A stretch of 64,000 nucleotides of DNA from Aquisalinus sp. Lineage in GTDB: Bacteria > Pseudomonadota > Alphaproteobacteria > Caulobacterales > Parvularculaceae. The stretch spans positions 17,979-81,978 of the forward strand of contig JALEGJ010000047.1 in NCBI GenBank assembly GCA_022763115.1. Reading direction: 5' to 3'. The position numbers and the translations under genes were made by a program. A model generated the notes under the pieces. It was not told the origin of the DNA, made no database searches, and was given only the letters and a program-made list of their open reading frames with translations. Shown piece by piece: positions 59,311-64,000 of this stretch (the stretch's first letter is position 1; each line of letters opens with the position of its first letter).

Positions 59311-59450
59311 TTTTCTTTTCTTGTTTTTTGCCTTGAGATGACTGCGCGTTGAAAGTCGTTAAGGCTTTTGCGTGGACATTTGATATCTCATTCGCTATGT
59401 CCGGCCTCAACCATATAAACTTTTCTTTATATCATTGAAGGTCTGTCATT

Positions 59451-60617
59451 ATGTCATCCAGCAATTATCTATTCACCTCAGAAAGCGTTTCCGAGGGGCA
59501 CCCCGATAAGGTTTCAGACCGTATCTCTGACGCGATCGTCGATCTTTTTCTCGGTCGGGACAGCCAGGCACGTGTGGCGGTTGAAACCCTGACAACAACA
59601 AACAGGGTTGTGCTGGCCGGTGAGGTGAGGGCCCGCGAAGAGATCACCAATGATGAAATGATCGAGACCGCGCGTCAGGCTGTTAAATCAATTGGCTATG
59701 AACAGGAAGGCTTTCACTGGCAGCATGCAGACGTATCGTGCTTTGTTCACGGACAATCAGCAGAAATTGCCATGGGGGTGGATGCCGTCGGTGACAAGGA
59801 TGAGGGTGCTGGTGATCAGGGGATCATGTTCGGTTATGCTGTAGATGAAACACCGGAATTGATGCCTGCTCCGATTGCCTATTCCCATAATATCGTCAAA
59901 GCGCTGGCTGAAGCGCGCCATGCGGGCCAGAGGCCTGAGTTTGCGCCGGATGCGAAGAGCCAGGTGACGCTGAAATACGAAAATGGACGCCCGGTTGGTG
60001 CCACATCTGTCGTTGTTTCAACGCAGCATACGGAGGGGCTTTCCCAGTCGGACGTGAAAGAGCTGGTGCGTCCTTTCGTTGAAGAAGTTCTGCCAGAGGG
60101 CTGGATGTGTCCGGAGGAAGATTTTTACGTCAACCCGACCGGCCTCTTTGTGATCGGCGGTCCCGACGGTGATGCAGGCCTGACCGGTCGCAAGATCATC
60201 GTGGACACATATGGCGGTGCTGCACCGCATGGTGGTGGCGCTTTCTCTGGTAAGGACCCGACCAAAGTGGACCGCTCTGCGGCTTACGCCTCCCGGTATC
60301 TTGCCAAAAATGTTGTAGCTGCCGGGCTCGCCCGTCGCTGCCTGATCCAGCTGTCTTACGCCATCGGAATTTCACATCCCTTGTCCATCTATGTAGATAC
60401 ATATGGCACAGGCGAGGTTTCCGAAGATCGTTTGGCGGACATCCTGCCGCAGGTAATGAACCTGACACCGCGTGGTATTCGGGAGCATCTGGGGCTGAAC
60501 CAGCCTATTTATGAGCGGACCGCAGCCTATGGTCATTTCGGTCGTACACCCGATGCCGACGGTGGCTTTTCTTGGGAAAAGACTGATCTTGTGGATGCGC
60601 TAAAGTCGGCGATCTAG
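59451..60617 (+). CDS. metK: S-adenosylmethionine synthase
   Basis: [22 protein letters not shown] and GGGAFSGKD motifs. Confidence 0.98.
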   Translation: MSSSNYLFTSESVSEGHPDKVSDRISDAIVDLFLGRDSQARVAVETLTTTNRVVLAGEVRAREEITNDEMIETARQAVKSIGYEQEGFHWQHADVSCFVHGQSAEIAMGVDAVGDKDEGAGDQGIMFGYAVDETPELMPAPIAYSHNIVKALAEARHAGQRPEFAPDAKSQVTLKYENGRPVGATSVVVSTQHTEGLSQSDVKELVRPFVEEVLPEGWMCPEEDFYVNPTGLFVIGGPDGDAGLTGRKIIVDTYGGAAPHGGGAFSGKDPTKVDRSAAYASRYLAKNVVAAGLARRCLIQLSYAIGISHPLSIYVDTYGTGEVSEDRLADILPQVMNLTPRGIREHLGLNQPIYERTAAYGHFGRTPDADGGFSWEKTDLVDALKSAI

Positions 60618-60907
60618 TCGTTCGCCTTACATGCCTCGCTGAGTAATGCTGATTGCCGTTGCTTGTCAGATTGTGGACGATAAACGGTGACACCATTGTC
60701 TTCAGTATATTTGACGCTTTTGGCCAGATCTCGACAATCCCGTATCTTCATATCGTGAGACAGCGTTATTGTTTTTGGGGGCGATTTTGCAACCTGGTGA
60801 CTTGTGTCACCTTGTAGAAGGAAAAAGCCGCCCGCAACAGCAACCAGAAAAATTCTGGCGAGACCTGTGATCGTGAAGAAGCCGATAAGTGTGAGTATTT
60901 TCTTCAT
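60614..60907 (-). CDS. Hypothetical exported or membrane-anchored protein
   Basis: N-terminal hydrophobic segment [31 protein letters not shown]. No family recognised. Confidence 0.45.
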   Translation of the reverse strand: MKKILTLIGFFTITGLARIFLVAVAGGFFLLQGDTSHQVAKSPPKTITLSHDMKIRDCRDLAKSVKYTEDNGVTVYRPQSDKQRQSALLSEACKAND

Positions 60908-60970
60908 ACCGCTCTTGGAAATGTCTTTTTCCTGATAATAACTGCGCGATGTAAAAACCGGCTTAAGCTA

Positions 60971-61714
60971 ATGGACGAAAACATCTCTGATCAGGCCTTT
61001 CCAGATTACCGATTATTCGGTCGTCGTCAGGATAGACCCTTGAAGCCGCGGCAGCAGCGGCTAATGGCTGAGTTGCTGCCAACAGTGGCTATAACAAAAG
61101 ATGAGATTAATCAGGCATCGCATGAAGCGCGCCCCATATGGCTTGAGATCGGTTTTGGCGGCGGTGAGCATCTTGCCTGGCACGCGGCGCGTAACCCGCA
61201 TGTTTTACTGATCGGCGCTGAGCCTTTTATCAACGGCGTCGCCAAACTGTTGACGGCCATTGAGGAGCAGAAACTAAATAATGTGCGTATCCTGCATGGC
61301 GATGCGCGAGATCTGTTGTCATACTTCCCTGCCGGGTCGATCGAGCGCATGTTTGTCTTGCATCCTGATCCATGGCCCAAGAAGAAGCACCATAAACGTC
61401 GTATTGTCTCGCCTCTTCTGCTTGGAGAAGCAGCGCGCATTTTGAGTCCGGAAGCTGAAATGCGTGTTGCCTCCGACATTCCGGATTACATTCGATGGAC
61501 CCTTATGCAGGTGCAGATCCATAATCGGCGATCTCAGGATTTTGGTTGGTCGGCAAGTTGCAAAGCAGATTGGACAGATGCGTCTGACGACTGGCCCCAA
61601 ACCCGCTATGAGGCAAAGGCGATAAAAGAGGGCAGAGTACCAACTTATCTGAGCTTTCGCAGATTATCCCCGAAAGCCAAAGGTCCTGATGCTCGTTCAA
61701 AAGAAAGTAGCTGA
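60971..61714 (+). CDS. trmB: tRNA (guanine46-N7)-methyltransferase
   Basis: LEIGFGGGEHL and LHPDPWPKKKHHKRR motifs. Confidence 0.93.
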   Translation: MDENISDQAFPDYRLFGRRQDRPLKPRQQRLMAELLPTVAITKDEINQASHEARPIWLEIGFGGGEHLAWHAARNPHVLLIGAEPFINGVAKLLTAIEEQKLNNVRILHGDARDLLSYFPAGSIERMFVLHPDPWPKKKHHKRRIVSPLLLGEAARILSPEAEMRVASDIPDYIRWTLMQVQIHNRRSQDFGWSASCKADWTDASDDWPQTRYEAKAIKEGRVPTYLSFRRLSPKAKGPDARSKESS

Positions 61715-61769
61715 CACTCAGTCAGAAGTGTGCTTTATAGATAGAAATAGCATTCGATTATATCGGAAG

Positions 61770-61797
61770 CGGCCAGCGAAAGCTGAGCCGTTTTTTT
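61770..61797 (+). terminator. Intrinsic terminator after trmB
   Basis: CGGCCAGC-GAAA-GCTGaGCCG followed by TTTTTTTG. Confidence 0.75.
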
Positions 61798-61814
61798 GTC
61801 ATTAAGGAAGACTG

Positions 61815-62336
61815 TTGGATCATCTGATCGAGAAACTCACAGCGCTGATAGAGCCTGTTGCGCAAGCAGAAGGCTTTGAACTTGTGCGTGTGCGCATGAC
61901 CGGATCAGGTAAGCAAACTTTGCAAGTCATGGCTGAGCGCCCGGATGGCACTATGACTGCGGAAAACTGTGCCGATCTGTCCCGGGCAATTTCTGCTGTT
62001 TTTGAGGTGGCTGATCCCATTAGTGGAGAATATGTGCTGGAAGTGTCGTCCCCAGGCATTGACCGCCCTCTGACACGGTTATCCGATTTTGAGCGGTGGG
62101 AAGGGTATGAAGCAAAGCTACAGCTCAGGCAAATGATTGAAGGGCGCAAGCGCTTTCGAGGCATCTTGGCGGGTATTGAGGATGACAATATCTGTATTGA
62201 TCTTGACGGGGAGGAGGAGACAGCATTGATCCCTTTTTCCCTTCTTGATGATGCAAAACTGGTTCTGACGGACGATCTTGTACGCGACTCGCTCAGAGCC
62301 GCAAAAGAGGCCGAGGCCGCAAACGAGAATGAATAG
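61815..62336 (+). CDS. rimP: Ribosome maturation factor RimP
   Basis: LEVSSPGIDRPL motif. TTG start behind AAGGAAG, directly upstream of nusA. Confidence 0.9.
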   Translation: MDHLIEKLTALIEPVAQAEGFELVRVRMTGSGKQTLQVMAERPDGTMTAENCADLSRAISAVFEVADPISGEYVLEVSSPGIDRPLTRLSDFERWEGYEAKLQLRQMIEGRKRFRGILAGIEDDNICIDLDGEEETALIPFSLLDDAKLVLTDDLVRDSLRAAKEAEAANENE

Positions 62337-62386
62337 GATATATCCTGCAATGACGATAAGGGAGTTAATCATCATGGAGACTAAAA

Positions 62387-63985
62387 ATGGCCGTTAGCCA
62401 CAACAGGCTTGAACTGATCCAGATCGCCGAGGCGGTTGCGCGGGAAAAGTCTATCGACAAGGCAATTGTTGTCGAGGCGCTTGAAGACGCAATGGCGCGT
62501 GCAGCACGGTCTCACTATGGCCATGAGACGAATATCAAGGTCGAGATTCATCCCGATACGGGTGAAACCCGCCTTTGGCGTCTGATGGAAGTCGTTGAGG
62601 AAGTTGAAAACGAGTCTGCAGAAATTCTTCTGCAGGATGCGAAGGCGCGCAACCCTGAAGCCGAGGTCGGTGACTTCCTGTCTGATCCTTTGCCGCCGGT
62701 TGAGTTTGGCCATAAGGACGCTTCCAGCGCCAAACAGGTTATCACGCAGAAAGTGCGTGATGCCGAGCGCGAGCGTCAGTATGAGGAGTATAAAGACCGC
62801 ATAGGCGAAATTATCAGTGGTATCGTCAAACGCATTGAGTACGGACATGTGGTTGTGGACCTTGGTCGGTCAGAAGCAGTTTTGCGGCGTGACCAGCAGC
62901 TGCCACGCGAGGCAGTTCGCCAGGGTGATCGCATTCGCAGCTACATTGCAGATGTCCGCCGCGAACAGCGCGGGCCACAGATATTCCTTTCGCGCACACA
63001 CCCTCAATTCATGGCGCGTCTGTTTGAACAGGAAGTGCCCGAGGTTTATGATCGTGTTATCGAGATCAAGGCTGTCGCCCGTGATCCGGGCAGCCGTGCA
63101 AAGATCGGGGTAATGTCCCATGACAGTTCGATTGATCCCGTTGGCGCCTGCGTCGGTATGCGTGGCAGCCGCGTGCAGGCCGTGGTCAATGAGCTTGGCG
63201 GTGAGAAAATTGATATCGTTCCTTGGTCTGAGGATATCGCCACATTCATCGTGAACGCGCTTGCCCCCGCTGAGGTCAGCAAAGTGGTTCTGGACGAAGA
63301 GTCTGAGCGTATTGAGGTTGTGGTGCCGGATGAGCAACTTTCGCTCGCCATTGGTCGCCGTGGTCAGAATGTTCGCCTGGCCTCACAGCTTTCCGGCTTT
63401 GAGATCGACATCATGACGGAAGAAGAAGAGTCGGCGAAGCGCCAGCAGGAATATGCGGTGCGTTCGGAACGCTTTATGGAAGCGCTCGATGTGGACGATA
63501 TTATTGCCGGGCTTCTGGTGTCCGAGGGCTTTTCTCGCATTGAAGAGCTTGCCTATGTTGAACTTGCAGAGATCGCCGTCATCGAAGGCTTCGATGAAGA
63601 GACAGCAGAAGAGCTTCAGGCCCGCGCCAACGAATTTCTCGACAAGGAAGCGCAGGAGCTGAACGAGAAGCGCCTTGCTCTGGGCGTTGATGATGAACTT
63701 TATCACATGGATGGCCTGAGTGCGAAAATGGTTATTGCCCTCGCAGAAGAAGGGGTCAAAACCATGGAAGATCTTGCTGGCTGTGCTGCGGATGATCTCA
63801 CCGGCTGGACCGAGCATGTTAATGGCGAGAAGAAACACTACGAAGGTATCCTTGAGGAGTTTCGTATCAAGCCCGATGCCGCAGAAGAGTTGATCGATCA
63901 GGCGCGCCGCGCTGTCGGTTGGGAAACGCAAGCTGATCTTGAGGCGAGACTGGCAGAAGAGGAGGCCGCGACTGAAAACGCCTGA
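62387..63985 (+). CDS. nusA: Transcription termination/antitermination factor NusA
   Basis: NusA N-terminal domain, an S1 domain (GEIISGIVKRIEYGHVVVDLG), KH domains (PVGACVGMRGSRVQ...AIGRRGQNVRLA) and C-terminal acidic repeats. Confidence 0.97.
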   Translation: MAVSHNRLELIQIAEAVAREKSIDKAIVVEALEDAMARAARSHYGHETNIKVEIHPDTGETRLWRLMEVVEEVENESAEILLQDAKARNPEAEVGDFLSDPLPPVEFGHKDASSAKQVITQKVRDAERERQYEEYKDRIGEIISGIVKRIEYGHVVVDLGRSEAVLRRDQQLPREAVRQGDRIRSYIADVRREQRGPQIFLSRTHPQFMARLFEQEVPEVYDRVIEIKAVARDPGSRAKIGVMSHDSSIDPVGACVGMRGSRVQAVVNELGGEKIDIVPWSEDIATFIVNALAPAEVSKVVLDEESERIEVVVPDEQLSLAIGRRGQNVRLASQLSGFEIDIMTEEEESAKRQQEYAVRSERFMEALDVDDIIAGLLVSEGFSRIEELAYVELAEIAVIEGFDEETAEELQARANEFLDKEAQELNEKRLALGVDDELYHMDGLSAKMVIALAEEGVKTMEDLAGCAADDLTGWTEHVNGEKKHYEGILEEFRIKPDAAEELIDQARRAVGWETQADLEARLAEEEAATENA

Positions 63986-64000
63986 GCCAATCACATCCAG

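Noticed and set aside
59311-59450. Possible SAM riboswitch (SAM-II, SAM-V or SAM/SAH) in the 140-nt metK leader.
   Set aside because: I could not find the conserved cores, such as the AAAGCU pseudoknot element of SAM-II or the CAACGGC hairpin of SAM/SAH. An Rfam scan would be needed, so no call is made.
61820-62350. Long antisense or alternative-frame ORFs inside well-supported genes. Examples: 61820-62350(-) in rimP, 63383-63994(-) in nusA, 56197-56931(-) in corC, 53294-53878(-) in miaB, 47926-48507(-) in nfu, 38233-38820(-) in the Mic60-like gene, 42192-42728(+) in the ligase gene, 1204-1788(-) in hslU and 46002-46553(+) in maeB.
   Set aside because: Their composition is typical of shadow ORFs (Arg/Ser/Pro/Cys-rich). 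They have no motifs or start context, and each is fully covered by a gene with clear family signatures.
1-64000. Search for tRNA/rRNA genes, CRISPR arrays, IS elements or integrases, prophage genes, and known defence or toxin-antitoxin families.
   Set aside because: None was recognised by eye. There are no T-loop GGTTCGAAT-type motifs in spacers, no repeat-spacer arrays and no transposase or integrase-like ORFs. The window is essentially core-genome synteny.

Overview
This window reads as a conserved, origin-proximal stretch of an alphaproteobacterial chromosome with moderate G+C. It is densely packed with housekeeping genes. I saw no tRNA or rRNA genes, CRISPR arrays, transposases, integrases or recognisable defence systems. 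All calls come from motif and family recognition by eye on the supplied ORF translations and DNA; no searches were run.

Gene order:
- hslVU, an unusual prephenate-dehydratase-like membrane protein, smr-mltA-tim44-like, fxsA, secB
- dnaQ, a fused aroE-coaE gene, maf, and a DUF299/PDRP gene
- a 375-bp AT-rich gap
- hemE, hemJ, rho, mnmE, mnmG, rsmG, parA, parB
- a class-V aminotransferase, a MATE pump, holA-lptE-leuS, a porin, thiE-like, yggS, an L,D-transpeptidase, an OmpR-type regulator and arsC/yfgD
- a small arsR locus, tsaD, hemC-hemD-mic60-like-hemY-like, glutaminyl cyclase, an O-antigen-ligase-like gene and an SDR
- a small AT-rich cassette of unknown function
- maeB, nfu, dodecin, a nitroreductase, tsaB-rimI-fur, bfr-bfd, miaB-ybeZ-ybeY-corC-lnt, an XRE regulator, metK, trmB and rimP-nusA

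Structural calls that follow from known biology:
- The DUF299|hemE gap is the likely chromosomal origin. It has Caulobacter Cori-type synteny and degenerate DnaA-box-like repeats.
- Two perfect consensus parS sites lie next to mnmG and parAB.

Candidates for something undescribed, all modest and unproven:
1. A structured leader of about 300 nt ending in an intrinsic terminator 41 nt upstream of the MATE pump start codon. It may be a riboswitch or attenuator of unknown class.
2. A roughly 1-kb AT-rich cassette at 44.7-45.6 kb. It holds a ribbon-helix-helix-like gene facing a 19-codon ORF plus a 74-aa membrane protein, with palindromes in between.
3. A membrane-anchored, divergent PDT/ACT-like protein.
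4. An in-frame aroE-coaE fusion with a compositional break inside it.
5. An ArsR with the Cys-Cys-x5-Cys arsenite triad but no known arsenic transporter nearby.

I found no clear-cut novel multi-gene system.
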